NCBI GenBank assembly: GCA_963708365.1
Contig: CAVPSM010000013.1
Coordinates: 123,345 to 187,344 of the forward strand
Direction: 5' to 3'
Source: an uncultured Actinomycetes bacterium
Lineage (GTDB): Bacteria > Actinomycetota > Thermoleophilia > Gaiellales > JAICJC01
Length of the DNA stretch: 64,000 bases
Below the pieces are notes generated by a model. That model was not told the DNA's origin, made no database searches, and was given only the letters and a program-made list of their open reading frames with translations. Every line of letters starts with the position of its first letter. The stretch's first letter is position 1. The position numbers and the translations under genes are program-made. Shown piece after piece: positions 8,433 through 19,744 of this stretch.

Positions 8433-9287
8433 ATGCTCGTCGTCACGGGATCCACAGGCCACGTGGGCCGCCTGGTGGCCGGCGAGATCTCGACGCGCGG
8501 CATGCGCCAGCGCCTGCTCGTGCGCGACCCCGAACGGGCGCCGGACATCGCCGGGGCCGAGATCGGGATGGCGGACTACGCCGACCCGGCGTCGGTGGCC
8601 GCGGCGCTCGAGCCGGACGACCGCGTCTTCATGGTCTCGCTGCACGAGGGGCCCGACCAGCGCGTGCCCCACCACCGCGCGTTCATCGAGGCTGCGGCCG
8701 GCGCCGGCGTCGCCCACATCGTCTACCTGTCGTTCGTCGCGGCCGGGCCGGACGCGATCTTCCTGCACGCCCGCTCGCACGGCGAGACGGAGCGGATGCT
8801 GGCGGAGTCCGGCGTCGCCTGGACGTCGGTCCGCAACTCGATGTACGCGGACGACATTCCCGGCTGGTTCGATTCCGACGGGCTGAACACGGTGCCCGCA
8901 GGCGAGGGCCGAATGAGCTTCTCGTACCGCCCGGAGCTGGCTCGCGCAATCGCGGTCACGCTCACCGAGCCCGGCCACGAGGGCAAGGTGTACGACATCG
9001 TCACACCCCAGTCCGTCAGCATGCGCGAGCTGGCCGAGATCGCGTGGGCGGTCACCGGCCAGAACTACCGCTATGCGGCGACCAGCGACGCGTGGTGGGA
9101 GGAGCGCTGGCGGGCGCGGGGCAAGGAGGCCTGGGAGATCGAGGCCGGGCTCACGTCCTACGCCGCCCTGCGCGCGGGCGAGTTCGACGTCGCGAGCGGC
9201 GACTACCGCACCCTCACCGGCGAGGATCCACTGTCGGTCTCCGACATCGCCGGCCTCCTGGCCGACCGCCTGCCGCTGCACGCGTGA
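8433..9287 (+). CDS. NmrA-like / atypical SDR NAD(P)-binding protein
   Basis: 284-aa ORF starting MLVVTGSTGHVGRLVAGEI (GxxGxxG), with NmrA-like length and layout. Confidence 0.85.
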   Translation: MLVVTGSTGHVGRLVAGEISTRGMRQRLLVRDPERAPDIAGAEIGMADYADPASVAAALEPDDRVFMVSLHEGPDQRVPHHRAFIEAAAGAGVAHIVYLSFVAAGPDAIFLHARSHGETERMLAESGVAWTSVRNSMYADDIPGWFDSDGLNTVPAGEGRMSFSYRPELARAIAVTLTEPGHEGKVYDIVTPQSVSMRELAEIAWAVTGQNYRYAATSDAWWEERWRARGKEAWEIEAGLTSYAALRAGEFDVASGDYRTLTGEDPLSVSDIAGLLADRLPLHA

Positions 9288-10484
9288 GCGTCGCGCAGGC
9301 GCTTGGGGTGAGCAGCTACCGGGAGCTGCTCTCGGCGGGCGAGGCGCGCCGCGTGGTCTCGTGGGGCCTGCTGGCGCGGATGCCGATGGGGATGAGCGCG
9401 CTTGCGCTCGTCCTGCTCGTCCGCAGCGAAGGTGGGTCCTACGCGACGGCCGGGATCGTTTCCGGCACATACGCCGTGGCCTCCGGCGCCGGCAGCGTCG
9501 TCGGCGGCCGGCTGGTCGACCGGCGCCCGCCCGCGCCGGTGGTGATCACCTACGCGCTCGCCTACGGCACCGCGCTTGCCGCCCTGCTCGCGCTCGCGCA
9601 CGCGCAGGTCGCCGAGCCGGTGCTGGTCGCGGCCACGCTGGTCGCCGGAGTGCTGGCGCCGCCGGTCGGCCCGACGATCCGGATGATGTGGCCGGCGATG
9701 CTGCCGCGGCCGGAGCTGCGCACGACGGCCTACGCGCTCGAGGCGACCATCCAGGAGGTCATCTTCGTCGTCGGGCCGCTGGTCGTGGGTGTGCTCGCCG
9801 CAACCATCCTCCGCCAGCGCCGGCATCGTCGCCGCCGGCGTGGCCTGCGTCGCCGGCTCGATCGGGTTCACGGCCACTCCGGCCGTCCGCGCCCGCCGGC
9901 CCGACCCGAGCCACGACCGTTCCGACCACCACGTGCTCCAGGCGCTCGTCCCGTGGGGGATCCGCCGCCTGCTCATGCTCGGCATCGCCTACGGCGTCGC
10001 GTTCGGCGCCGCCGAGGTGTCGATGCCGGCGTTCGCCGAGGGCCACGGCGGGCGGTCGCTGGGCGGCATCACGCTCGCCGCATTCTCGGGCGGCAGCCTG
10101 ATCGGCGGGGTGGTCGCCGGGGCCGCCGCCTCGAAGGGGCCGCTCAACCGCCGGCTCCGGGTGATCAGCGCCGTCTTCGTGCTCGTGATGATCCCGCCGC
10201 TGCTGGCCGGGTCGGTCGCCCAGATGGCGGTGGTCATGTTCATCGCCGGCCTCCCGATCGCGCCGAGCGTGGCGGTGGCCTACAACATGCTCGAGCGCGC
10301 TGCCGTGCCGGGCACGCAGGCGGAGATCTTCGGCTGGATGTCGACCGCCGTGACGATCGGGATCGCCATCGGCACCGCAGCCGGCGGCAGCCTGATCGCA
10401 CACACGGGCGTCCACGCCGCGCTTGTGCTCGGCATCGCCGGTGCCGCGGTCGCCTGCGCGATCACGTTCACCTCCGAGGAGTAA
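9284..10484 (+). pseudogene. MFS transporter with one frameshift (about 9805-9815)
   Basis: The N-terminal half lies in the frame of ORF 9044..10528, from the GTG at 9284 (GTGA overlap with the upstream stop): VSVAQALGVSSYRELL...VFVVGPLVVGVLAA. The C-terminal half lies in ORF 9789..10484: ...SAGIVAAGVACVAGSIGF...FTSEE. Confidence 0.75.
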
Positions 10485-10524
10485 CCGGTGCCCGGCACCA
10501 AACGGTGCCAGGCACCTCCTCTCC

Positions 10525-11355
10525 CTAGCTGATCGGGACCGGCGTCGCCGTCTTGGCGGAGTTCAGGAGCGGCACGCCGTACACGTTCTCGAGCCCAGCC
10601 AGCAGGCCGAAGTGCGTGTACGCGTGGGAGTCCTTCACGCCTGCCCCCGCCGAGCCGCCGATCGCGATCGTCGCGATGTGCTCGTTCGCCCGGTTGCCCT
10701 CGTCCCACGTGACGATGACGAGCGCACCGCCGGCCACCATCGCCGGGACGTGCGCCTTGAGCCACGCGTCGCCCGCCTTGATCTGGGCGGTCCGGCTCGA
10801 GCCGGTGTGCATGTTGTCGTTGTCGTTCGGGATGACGTAGGAGAACGACCGCAGATGGGCCGGGTCGAACGACGTGAAGGGCAGCATGTTCGCGCACGCG
10901 GCCGGCTTCGACGTGATGTCGCTGTAGAACGCGACCGGGTTGTGGTTCTTGTCGTACGGGAGCGGGCCGGACCTCGTGTAGCAGGCCGACGGCATCGACT
11001 CCTCGTACTCGCCCCAGCTCTGCCCCGTGCCCTGCAGCTGGTTGAACAGGTTGTCGGAGTTCTTCGCTGCCGACGTCGTGGCGACGCCGCTGGTCATCCG
11101 GAAGTAGTCAGGCAGGCTGCCGGGAGCCGCCTGGTAGTTCGTGTACAGCGTCCCGCCGGCGATCAGCGACTGGATATACGGCGCGTTCGAACTGCCGACG
11201 ATGCTGTCGTACGTCTTGTTCTCGAGCACGATCAGGACGACCGGCTCCCTCGGCGCCGCCTGGGCAGCGCCGACCATCCCGGCGCCCACCGGCGCCGCAA
11301 GCGTGCAGACGAACGCGGCCACCGCCGCGATCGCGCGAATCCATCCGTACTTCAC
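10525..11355 (-). CDS. Secreted phosphoesterase-family protein (phospholipase C / acid phosphatase family)
   Basis: C-terminal 276 codons of ORF 10525..13173, from the GTG at 11355 preceded by AGGGGAGG. Signal peptide VKYGWIRAIAAVAAFVCTLAAPVGA, then VVLIVLENKTYDSIVG...PNDNDNMHTG...VTWDEG. Confidence 0.8.
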   Translation of the reverse strand: MKYGWIRAIAAVAAFVCTLAAPVGAGMVGAAQAAPREPVVLIVLENKTYDSIVGSSNAPYIQSLIAGGTLYTNYQAAPGSLPDYFRMTSGVATTSAAKNSDNLFNQLQGTGQSWGEYEESMPSACYTRSGPLPYDKNHNPVAFYSDITSKPAACANMLPFTSFDPAHLRSFSYVIPNDNDNMHTGSSRTAQIKAGDAWLKAHVPAMVAGGALVIVTWDEGNRANEHIATIAIGGSAGAGVKDSHAYTHFGLLAGLENVYGVPLLNSAKTATPVPIS

Positions 11356-11423
11356 AGCACGACCTCCCCTGGCCCCACCTCGATTAAGGCAACGGTACAG
11401 GCAACAGGACGTGCTGCCTAGAT

Positions 11424-11897
11424 CTAGGGCTGGAGCTTGAAGATGAAGTCGAAGTTCCCGTCCTTGCGCGTGTGGAGCACCATTTGCCCGCGCACGTTGC
11501 GGTAGGCGCCGGTGCCGCCGGTCACGGCGAGAACGGTGGTCGGGAAGGCGTCGCGGAACGGCCCCTCGACGGTGATCTGGCCGTGGCGCAGGAACGTCGT
11601 CCACATGCACTCCCACCGGCCCTGCTTGGCGCTCGCGCGGACGCAGTTGCCCTCGTCGGAGCCGACCTGGTGCTTGTTGGCGGCGTCGAAGACCGGGTTC
11701 GCGAACGGCAGCTGGTCGCCGGGCGAGTCGCCGGGCGCGCCGATGTCGATGACCTGGTCGGTGATCGGGTGCTCGACGACGTGGATCCGGGTCGGCGAGA
11801 CGATCCCGCCGGAGCTCGAACCGATCGCCATCGCCCCCGCCGTGAGCGCCGAGGCGAGCACCGCCGCGGCCGTCGTCAGGATGAGCGTCCTTCGCAT
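11424..11897 (-). CDS. Secreted small beta-barrel protein (dirigent / allene-oxide-cyclase-barrel-like; tentative)
   Basis: 157-aa ORF with signal peptide MRRTLILTTAAAVLASALTAGAMA and a ...VTGGTGAYRNVRGQM... pattern. The family assignment comes from memory of similar bacterial proteins only. Confidence 0.6.
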   Translation of the reverse strand: MRRTLILTTAAAVLASALTAGAMAIGSSSGGIVSPTRIHVVEHPITDQVIDIGAPGDSPGDQLPFANPVFDAANKHQVGSDEGNCVRASAKQGRWECMWTTFLRHGQITVEGPFRDAFPTTVLAVTGGTGAYRNVRGQMVLHTRKDGNFDFIFKLQP

Positions 11898-11927
11898 TTC
11901 CGGCCTCCTTGTCGTGGGAGGCCGAGT

Positions 11928-12860
11928 CTACGACACCATGCGGGCCACGATCTCGGCCGCGGGCTCCACCTTGGTGATCCGGCCCACACCGCGGCCGGCG
12001 TAGAGGCACATCGCCTCGACCTCGCCGGTCGTCGAGCGGTGCGGCTCGTCGGCCGAGTAGCGGGCGATCGGCTCGCCGTCGGTCTCGGCCACGACCTCGC
12101 CCTCGTTCGGGCGCCGGCCGCTCGCAGGGCTGCCCGCCTCCTCCCACGCACGGTAGGTGCTGTTGCGCAGGACACGGTGGGCGGCGCCCGGCCAGCCGCC
12201 GTCGAAGAGGTGCGTGAGTACGGTGTCGTCGGGGCCGGCGGCGAGGAGGCGGTCGGCGTATTCCGCGTGGATGTCGGCCTCCGGCGTCGCCAGGAAGCGG
12301 GTCCCCATGACGACGCCCTCGGCGCCGGCGGCCAGGGCCTGGCGCAGCCCGTCGACGTCGGCGATCCCGCCGGCTGCCACGACGGGGACGCCTCCGCGCA
12401 GCGCCGCAACCAGGTCGAGCAACGGCGCATGGCCCTCGACGTGGCCCCCGGCCTCGACGCCCTGCGCGATCAGCGCGTCGGCGCCGGCCGCGACCGCCGC
12501 CCTGCCCGCGGCGACCGACCCGGCCTGCGCGACCACGACGCACCCGGCCGCCTGTGCCCGCTCGATCAGCCGCGCCTCGACCCCCCACGAGAACGAGACG
12601 ATCGGGACGCCCTCCTCGCAGACGAGCTCGAGCCGCTCCTCCTGGTCGAAGGCCAGCACCAGGTTGACGAAGAACGGCCGGTCGGTGAGCCGCCGGATCG
12701 CCCGGATCTGCTCGCGCAGGGCGGCCGGCTCCGTCCACGACGCACCCAGGCTGCCGAGCCCGCCGGCGGCCGAGACGGCGGCGCTCAGCTCCGGCGTCGC
12801 CGCCGGGCCGATCGGCGCTTGCATCACCGGCACCGTCCAGGGGAGCGTCGCGTCGGCCAT
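11928..12860 (-). CDS. Nitronate monooxygenase (NMO / 2-nitropropane dioxygenase family)
   Basis: C-terminal 310 codons of ORF 11928..13403, from the ATG at 12860: MADATLPWTVPVMQAPIGPAATPELSAAVSAAGGLGSLG...AQGVEAGGHVEG...VVAAGGIADVDG. Confidence 0.85.
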   Translation of the reverse strand: MADATLPWTVPVMQAPIGPAATPELSAAVSAAGGLGSLGASWTEPAALREQIRAIRRLTDRPFFVNLVLAFDQEERLELVCEEGVPIVSFSWGVEARLIERAQAAGCVVVAQAGSVAAGRAAVAAGADALIAQGVEAGGHVEGHAPLLDLVAALRGGVPVVAAGGIADVDGLRQALAAGAEGVVMGTRFLATPEADIHAEYADRLLAAGPDDTVLTHLFDGGWPGAAHRVLRNSTYRAWEEAGSPASGRRPNEGEVVAETDGEPIARYSADEPHRSTTGEVEAMCLYAGRGVGRITKVEPAAEIVARMVS

Positions 12861-12920
12861 CGCGGCGATCGTAGTGCAGCTGGTACCGAACCTGACCGGC
12901 GACGGTGGCACGATGCCGGG

Positions 12921-14429
12921 ATGCGACGGCGCCAGCTGCTCGAGCGGGCGGCCGCCCTGCCGCTGGCCGGGGCGCTGGCGGCCTGCGCAGGCACGGGCAG
13001 CTCGTCGTCCTCCACGCCGGGGACGGCGCGATCCGCCGGCGGGCAGATGACGCTCGCCGATCTGGCGGAGCAGATGCGAGGGCCGCTGCTCCGGCCGGGG
13101 ACGACGCATTACGCGAACGCGAGCGTGATCTCCAACGAGCGCTACGCCGGCGTGCACCCGCGGGCGATCGCACGGGCCGTCGTCGAGGAGGACGTCGCCG
13201 CGTGCGTGCGCTTCGCCGCCCGGTCGCCGCTGCCGTTCACGGTCCGCTGCGGTGGGCACAGCTATGCCGGCTACTCGACGAACACCGGGCTCGTCTGCGA
13301 CATGCGCCGCCTCGACGCGATCAGCCTCGCCGCCGACCGGCGGTCGGTGACCGTCGGCGCCGGCGTGCTCGCCATCGACCTGATCACCGCCCTGGCGGCC
13401 CACGGCCTGGCCGTGCCCACCGGCTCATGCCCGACGGTCGGCATCTCGGGCCTGGCGCTGGGCGGCGGCGTGGGGTTCGCCGCCCGCACCATGGGAGCCA
13501 CCTGCGACAACATCCTCGCCGTGCGGATCGTCACCGCCGACGGCCGCGTCCGGATCGCCGATCCGGCGACGAACCCCGACCTCCTGTGGGCGTGCCGCGG
13601 CGGCGGCGGAGGGAACTTCGGAGCCGTCACGGCCCTCACCCTGGCCACCCACCCCGTCTCGACGGCGGCCTATGCCTTCTGCGACTTCCCGTGGTCGCAG
13701 GCGGCCGCGGCGCTGGCCGCCTGGCAGCGGGTCGCGCCCGACGGGCCGGACGGCCTGTACCTGATCTGCGCCATCGAGACCGGTACCTCGGCGCCCCTGG
13801 TGCGCGTGTTCGGCCAGCTGCTCGGCGGCACCGAGGCGGCGCTGCGCGCGGCCATGGCGCCGATCGCGGCGGTCGCCGGCGCGTCGCTCACGACCGGGAC
13901 GGGGGCGTATCTTGCCGTGCAGCAGATATGGGCCGGGTGCGTGGGTGAGACGCCGGCCGCCTGCCGGACGATCCAGCCGTCCAGCTTCGCCGCCCGCTCC
14001 GCCTACGTCGCCAGGCCGCTCGATGCCGGCGGCGCCGCGGCGATCGTGCGGGCGATCGAGCAACGCCAGGCGGGCGGCGTCGGATCCGGCGCGGTGTTAC
14101 TCGACCCCTACGGCGGCGCGCTCAACCGGGTCGCTCCGGACGCGACCGCCTTCGTGCACCGCGACCAGCTCTACTCCGCCCAGATGCTCGCCTACTGGGG
14201 CTCGGCCGGCGAGGGTACGGCGGCGAACACCTGGCTGGACGGGCTCGCGGCCGGCCTCGGCCCGCACACGTCCGGGCAGGCGTACCAGAACTACATCGAC
14301 CCCGGCCTGCACGGCTGGGAGCAGGCCTACTACACGACGAACCTGCCCCGCCTGCGCGCGATCAAGCGCACGTGGGACCCGGACCGGGTGTTCCGCTTCC
14401 CCCAGGGCATCCCGCCCGCCGCCGCCTGA
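12921..14429 (+). CDS. FAD-linked oxidase with BBE (berberine-bridge-enzyme-like) C-terminus; Tat signal plus lipobox
   Basis: C-terminal 502 codons of ORF 11472..14429, from the ATG at 12921: MRRRQLLERAAALPLAGALAACAG (RR motif, LAAC). FAD_binding_4 segments RCGGHSYAGYS and GGGVGF. Ends with YQNYID...RLRAIKRTWDPDRVFRFPQGI. Confidence 0.85.
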   Translation: MRRRQLLERAAALPLAGALAACAGTGSSSSSTPGTARSAGGQMTLADLAEQMRGPLLRPGTTHYANASVISNERYAGVHPRAIARAVVEEDVAACVRFAARSPLPFTVRCGGHSYAGYSTNTGLVCDMRRLDAISLAADRRSVTVGAGVLAIDLITALAAHGLAVPTGSCPTVGISGLALGGGVGFAARTMGATCDNILAVRIVTADGRVRIADPATNPDLLWACRGGGGGNFGAVTALTLATHPVSTAAYAFCDFPWSQAAAALAAWQRVAPDGPDGLYLICAIETGTSAPLVRVFGQLLGGTEAALRAAMAPIAAVAGASLTTGTGAYLAVQQIWAGCVGETPAACRTIQPSSFAARSAYVARPLDAGGAAAIVRAIEQRQAGGVGSGAVLLDPYGGALNRVAPDATAFVHRDQLYSAQMLAYWGSAGEGTAANTWLDGLAAGLGPHTSGQAYQNYIDPGLHGWEQAYYTTNLPRLRAIKRTWDPDRVFRFPQGIPPAAA

Positions 14430-14445
14430 TGACTACGGTACTCGC

Positions 14446-14958
14446 GTGCACGAGACGGCGGCCGACCTGGAGGCGCTCCAGCGCCTGCTGGACACGAGCT
14501 ACGAGGCGTCCGGCGCCCACATGCGGCGGATCGTCACGCCCGAGCGGCGGATCGGTGCGGCTGCCCTGGCGGCGCGCCTGACGGGCGTGCGCCTGCTCGC
14601 GCTGGCGACGGCGACCGCGGACGGGCGGCCGATCGTCGGCGCGGTCGACGGCATCTTCTACCGGGGGGCGTTCTGGTTCGGCTCGGCGCCCGACTCGGTG
14701 CGCTTCCGCCACATCCGGGTGCGGCCGGACGTGAGCGCGACCCACATCGAGGGCGAGCCGTTCGCGGTCACCGTCCACGGCCGTGCGCACATCAACGACC
14801 TGCGCGATCCCGCGGCGGCCGGCTTCCGCGACGCGCTGGTCGAGGTGTACGCGCCCCGCTACGGCGAGGAGTGGATCGGGTGGGCCGAGCAGCACCCCTA
14901 CGCCCGCATCGACGCCCGCCGGATGTACACGTTCGTCTACGAGGAGGAGGGCGGGTGA
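14446..14958 (+). CDS. Pyridoxamine 5'-phosphate oxidase family (FMN-binding split-barrel) protein
   Basis: 170 codons from the GTG at 14446 within ORF 13912..14958: VHETAADLEALQRLLDTSYEASGAHMRRIVTPERR...ATADGRPIVGAVDGIFYRGAFWFGS. Confidence 0.7.
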   Translation: MHETAADLEALQRLLDTSYEASGAHMRRIVTPERRIGAAALAARLTGVRLLALATATADGRPIVGAVDGIFYRGAFWFGSAPDSVRFRHIRVRPDVSATHIEGEPFAVTVHGRAHINDLRDPAAAGFRDALVEVYAPRYGEEWIGWAEQHPYARIDARRMYTFVYEEEGG

Positions 14959-14966
14959 GGCACGCC

Positions 14967-14997
14967 CGCGCACCGGAAGGGGTCTGACCCCGCCTGG
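14967..14997. terminator. Imperfect hairpin containing the GGGGTCTGACCCC core
   Basis: gCACCGGAAGGGGTCTGACCCCGCCTGGTGc lies between the PNPOx-like gene and tdh. It has the same core as the 31-bp repeat family but lacks the AT-rich arms. Confidence 0.45.
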
Positions 14998-15027
14998 TGC
15001 GTTCGGGCATATCCTCCCTTCTCGAGA

Positions 15028-16059
15028 ATGCGCGCCCTTGTGAAGAGCCGCGCCGAGGCGGGCCTGTGGCTCGAGGACGTCCCGGACCCGGAGCACGGCA
15101 TCAACGACGTCCTGATCCGCGTCCGCCGCACCGGCATCTGCGGCACCGACGTCCACATCGAGCGGTGGGACGCCTGGGCGCAGCGCACCATCCCGGTGCC
15201 GCTCGTGATCGGGCACGAGTTCGTCGGCGAGGTGGTCGCCGTCGGCTCGAACGTGAGCGACTTCCACCCCGGCGACCTCGTCAGCGGCGAGGGCCACGTC
15301 GTCTGCGGCCGCTGCCGCAACTGCATGGCGGGGCGGCGCCACCTGTGCGCCCACTCGCAGGGCGTCGGCGTGACCCGGCCGGGCGCGTTCGCCGAGCTGA
15401 TCGCCCTGCCCATGACGAACATCTGGCACCACTGGCCCGGAGTCGACGAGGCGGTGGCGGCCATCTTCGACCCGTTCGGGAACGCCGTCCACACCGCCCT
15501 CGCCTTCCCGGTGCTGGGCGAGGACGTGCTCATCACGGGCGCCGGGCCGATCGGCTGCATGGCGGCGGCTGTCGTCCGCCACGCCGGCGCCCGGCACGTC
15601 GTCGTCAGCGACCCCAACCCGTACCGGCGCGCGCTGGCGGCGGGCATGGGCGCGAGCCTCACCGTCGACCCGGGCGAGCGCACGCTCACAGACGTGCAGC
15701 GCGAGCTGGGGATGACCGAGGGGTTCGACGTCGGCCTCGAGATGTCCGGCAACCCGGAGGCGCTGCACCAGCTGATCGCGAGCATGTCGCACGGTGGCCG
15801 CATCGCCCTGCTCGGCATCCCCACCGAGGAGATCGCGATCGACTGGACGCAGGTCGTCTTCAACATGCTCACGCTGCGCGGGATCTACGGCCGCGAGATG
15901 TACGAGACCTGGTATCAGATGACCGTGATGCTGCAGTCGGGGCTCGACATCTCCCCGGTCATCACGCACCGCCTGCCGTACGCCGAGTTCGCCGAGGGCT
16001 TCGCCATCGCGGGCTCGGGCCGCTCCGGCAAGGTCGTGCTCGACTGGACGGAGGGCTGA
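15028..16059 (+). CDS. tdh: L-threonine 3-dehydrogenase
   Basis: 343-aa zinc-ADH: [45 protein letters not shown]. Followed directly by kbl. Confidence 0.93.
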   Translation: MRALVKSRAEAGLWLEDVPDPEHGINDVLIRVRRTGICGTDVHIERWDAWAQRTIPVPLVIGHEFVGEVVAVGSNVSDFHPGDLVSGEGHVVCGRCRNCMAGRRHLCAHSQGVGVTRPGAFAELIALPMTNIWHHWPGVDEAVAAIFDPFGNAVHTALAFPVLGEDVLITGAGPIGCMAAAVVRHAGARHVVVSDPNPYRRALAAGMGASLTVDPGERTLTDVQRELGMTEGFDVGLEMSGNPEALHQLIASMSHGGRIALLGIPTEEIAIDWTQVVFNMLTLRGIYGREMYETWYQMTVMLQSGLDISPVITHRLPYAEFAEGFAIAGSGRSGKVVLDWTEG

Positions 16060-16061
16060 CC

Positions 16062-17243
<1,182 letters not shown>

Positions 17244-17246
17244 GGG

Positions 17247-17282
17247 GACTGTCTCCGGTTCGAACCGGGGACAGTCCCCTGT
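17247..17282. terminator. 36-nt near-perfect palindrome between the convergent kbl and beta-propeller genes
   Basis: GGGGACTGTCTCCGGTTCGAACCGGGGACAGTCCCC. It is self-complementary except for one T/G position and starts 3 nt after the kbl stop. Confidence 0.7.
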
Positions 17283-17288
17283 CGCGAC

Positions 17289-18467
17289 CTACTCCTTGAA
17301 CTGGGCGAAGTGCATCTGGGCCACTCCGCCGGCCTTCGTGAACTGGCCGCCGATCGTCACCGAGCTGTCACCCGCGGCCATGGCCTCCATGCCGAGGGTG
17401 GTGTTCACCGACGGGTGCCAGCTCTGCAGCGCCCCGGTGTTCTCGTCGACCGCGATCAGCTTGTCGCGGGCGGCCTGGACGGTGCAGAAGTTGTTCCCCG
17501 GGATCAGCCCGCAGTAGCCGGAGAAGTGGCCGCCGAAGTAGACGAACCCATCGAGCACCGCCATGTCGGTCACGTTGCCGTTGGTGCCCTCGATGTAGTT
17601 CAGCGTGCCGGTCTCGATGTCCCAGCTGATCATCGAGCCGCCGTTGCCGGTGGCCGCACCGAACAGGGTGTTCCCGTCCTGTGTGAACTTCAGGAGCTGG
17701 AAGGGCCGGAACGTCTGCAGATCGGCCGTGTGCCACGCCCACGGGACCGTTGCGCCCGTGTTCGTATCGACCGCGCCGACCCCGATGAAGGAGGCGCCGT
17801 TCAGGTTCCGGAAGAACCCGCCGAGCACGGCGCGCGTGCCGGCCGAGTCGATGGCGATCGCGTGCACCTCGGCGTCGACCACGGGAGCCCAGGTGGAGTT
17901 GAGGGCGCCCGTCGAGGCGTTCACCTCGGCAAGGAACGACTTGGTCGTGCCGCCCATCTTCGTGAACGCGCCACCGAGGAACAGGTTGCCGCCCGAGGGC
18001 GTGATGGCGTACACGGTCTTGTTCGGCGTGGGCGGCTTGAAGCCGGCCACGACCGCGCCCGTCGAGTTGTTCACTTCGACGATCTTCTTGTGGGTCGTGC
18101 CGCCGGCGACGGTCGAGAAGGCGCCGCCGAGGTAGAGGTTCGAGCCGGACGGCTTGATGGTGTAGACCGTGCCGCCGGTCACGTTGGGGTTCCAGGACAG
18201 GAGCGCCCCGGTGTCGAGATTCATGGCCGCCGCGCCGTTGCGCGTGACCGCGCCCGAGCCAGTCGAGCCGGCAGGAAGCATGGCGGTGAAACTGCCACCG
18301 AGATAGACGATGTTGCCGACGATTACTTCGGTCCGAACCGTGCCGTTCGCCTGCCACGTCAGGATCGGTTTCGAACCGACAATTGCGGCGTCAGCCACCG
18401 ACGCCATTGCCAGGGTGGCCATGCTCACACAGAGCAGGACCACGCCACGGACACCCGTTCTCCTCAC
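17289..18467 (-). CDS. Secreted beta-propeller repeat protein (delta-60 / DUF5122-like repeats; tentative)
   Basis: ORF 17289..18488 trimmed to the GTG at 18467, 5 nt after GAGGAGG. Signal peptide VRRTGVRGVVLLCVSMATLAMASVADA. At least 7 repeats of the form ...LYLGGAFTxxGGxx.... Confidence 0.7.
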   Translation of the reverse strand: MRRTGVRGVVLLCVSMATLAMASVADAAIVGSKPILTWQANGTVRTEVIVGNIVYLGGSFTAMLPAGSTGSGAVTRNGAAAMNLDTGALLSWNPNVTGGTVYTIKPSGSNLYLGGAFSTVAGGTTHKKIVEVNNSTGAVVAGFKPPTPNKTVYAITPSGGNLFLGGAFTKMGGTTKSFLAEVNASTGALNSTWAPVVDAEVHAIAIDSAGTRAVLGGFFRNLNGASFIGVGAVDTNTGATVPWAWHTADLQTFRPFQLLKFTQDGNTLFGAATGNGGSMISWDIETGTLNYIEGTNGNVTDMAVLDGFVYFGGHFSGYCGLIPGNNFCTVQAARDKLIAVDENTGALQSWHPSVNTTLGMEAMAAGDSSVTIGGQFTKAGGVAQMHFAQFKE

Positions 18468-18609
18468 ACCAGCCTCCTCTAGGTCCAATAAACGCGCCGC
18501 TTTCGGGCGTCATCCTACCCGCTGTTTGGAAACTGTCAATCTCTCGTGACGCAGATGTTTGCGACGAGTCGCTCAAGCCGATCCGACGAACCGCCGATGT
18601 GCAGGCGTT

Positions 18610-19722
18610 ATGGCCTCCATCGCGTCGGAACAGATCGTCGGCGCCGTCACGTTCACGGCTGCGCTCGACTGGCGCGAGCCGTCGGCGGCCGGATTACTCG
18701 GCGGCTACGCCGCGCAATTCGGCGCCCGAGACGGCGTGACGCTGGTAATCCACGGCGGCGCAGCGGCGGACGTCGTACCGGTCGCAGCGCAGCTCGGCGA
18801 CGGCTCGCCGGACATGGTGCTGGTCGAGCACGTCGAGGCCGCGGAGCTCGCGCCGCGCGTCGACGCCGTGCTCTCCGAGGGCCCTGCCGCCGGCGCCCTG
18901 GCCGACGTGCCCTGGCTGGACGCGGCCGGCCTGCGCGCGCTCTACGACCTGCGCGTGCCCGGAGCCCGGCGCACCCACCGCTTCACCTGCAATCTCTGCG
19001 GCGCCGCGTCGGCGGCCGAGACACGGGGCTGGCCGCGTGACACCGCGACATGCCCGCGGTGCGGGTCGGCGGCGCGTTTCCGCGGCCTCGCCGACCTGAT
19101 CGCGCGCGAGCTCTTCGAGAGCACGGAGCCGCTGTATACGCTCGCGGCCCGGCCGGAGCTCACGGGTGTCGGCATGAGCGACCCGCTGCAGCTGGCCGCC
19201 CTGCTCGGCCGGCGGATGAGCTACACCAACACCTTCTATCACTGCGAGCCACGCCTCGACGTGTGCGCGCCCGGCGCCCACGCCGGTCGCTACGACCTCG
19301 TCGTCTGCAGCGAGGTGCTCGAGCACGTCCCGCCGCCGATCGAGCCGGCATTCGCGGGCCTCCACGACCTGCTGCGGCCGGGCGGGCTGCTCGTCTTCAG
19401 CGTGCCGTATCGCGCGGACGGCGAGACGGTCGAGCACTACCCCGACCTGCACGACTACGACATCGTCACCCGCGCCGGCGAGCACGTGCTGCGCAACACG
19501 ACCCGCGCCGGACGCGTCGTCGAGCACCGCGACCTGGTCTTCCACGGCGGCCCCGGCGAGACCCTCGAGCTGCGCCACTTCGCGCTGCCCGACCTGCTCG
19601 CGCGGCTCGACGCCGCCGGGTTCTGCGACATCCGCGTCCGCCGCGAGCCGAACTTCGCCCACGGCGTCTGGTGGCCGGGCGCGGACGGCTGGCCCGTCAC
19701 CGCCCGCCGCCCGGCCGCCTAG
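18610..19722 (+). CDS. Class I SAM-dependent methyltransferase with an internal CxxC...CxxC zinc ribbon and an N-terminal domain of unknown function
   Basis: ATG at 18610 within ORF 18559..19722: MASIASEQ.... Also FTCNLCGAAS...TCPRCGS and DLVVCSEVLEHVPPP...LLRPGGLLVFSVP. Confidence 0.75.
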   Translation: MASIASEQIVGAVTFTAALDWREPSAAGLLGGYAAQFGARDGVTLVIHGGAAADVVPVAAQLGDGSPDMVLVEHVEAAELAPRVDAVLSEGPAAGALADVPWLDAAGLRALYDLRVPGARRTHRFTCNLCGAASAAETRGWPRDTATCPRCGSAARFRGLADLIARELFESTEPLYTLAARPELTGVGMSDPLQLAALLGRRMSYTNTFYHCEPRLDVCAPGAHAGRYDLVVCSEVLEHVPPPIEPAFAGLHDLLRPGGLLVFSVPYRADGETVEHYPDLHDYDIVTRAGEHVLRNTTRAGRVVEHRDLVFHGGPGETLELRHFALPDLLARLDAAGFCDIRVRREPNFAHGVWWPGADGWPVTARRPAA

Positions 19723-19744
19723 CTGCGCTCGGAGGACGCCGCGA

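Noticed and set aside
11356-13173. N-terminal 600-aa extension of ORF 10525..13173, and likewise the first 483 codons of ORF 11472..14429
   Set aside because: Only the C-terminal parts show homology (phosphoesterase; BBE oxidase), together with their own RBS, start and signal peptides. The extensions run antisense through other well-supported genes.
17256-17273. GGTTCGAACC in the kbl terminator palindrome resembles a tRNA T-arm
   Set aside because: It is the centre of a 36-nt self-complementary hairpin. No acceptor, D or anticodon arms can be drawn around it.
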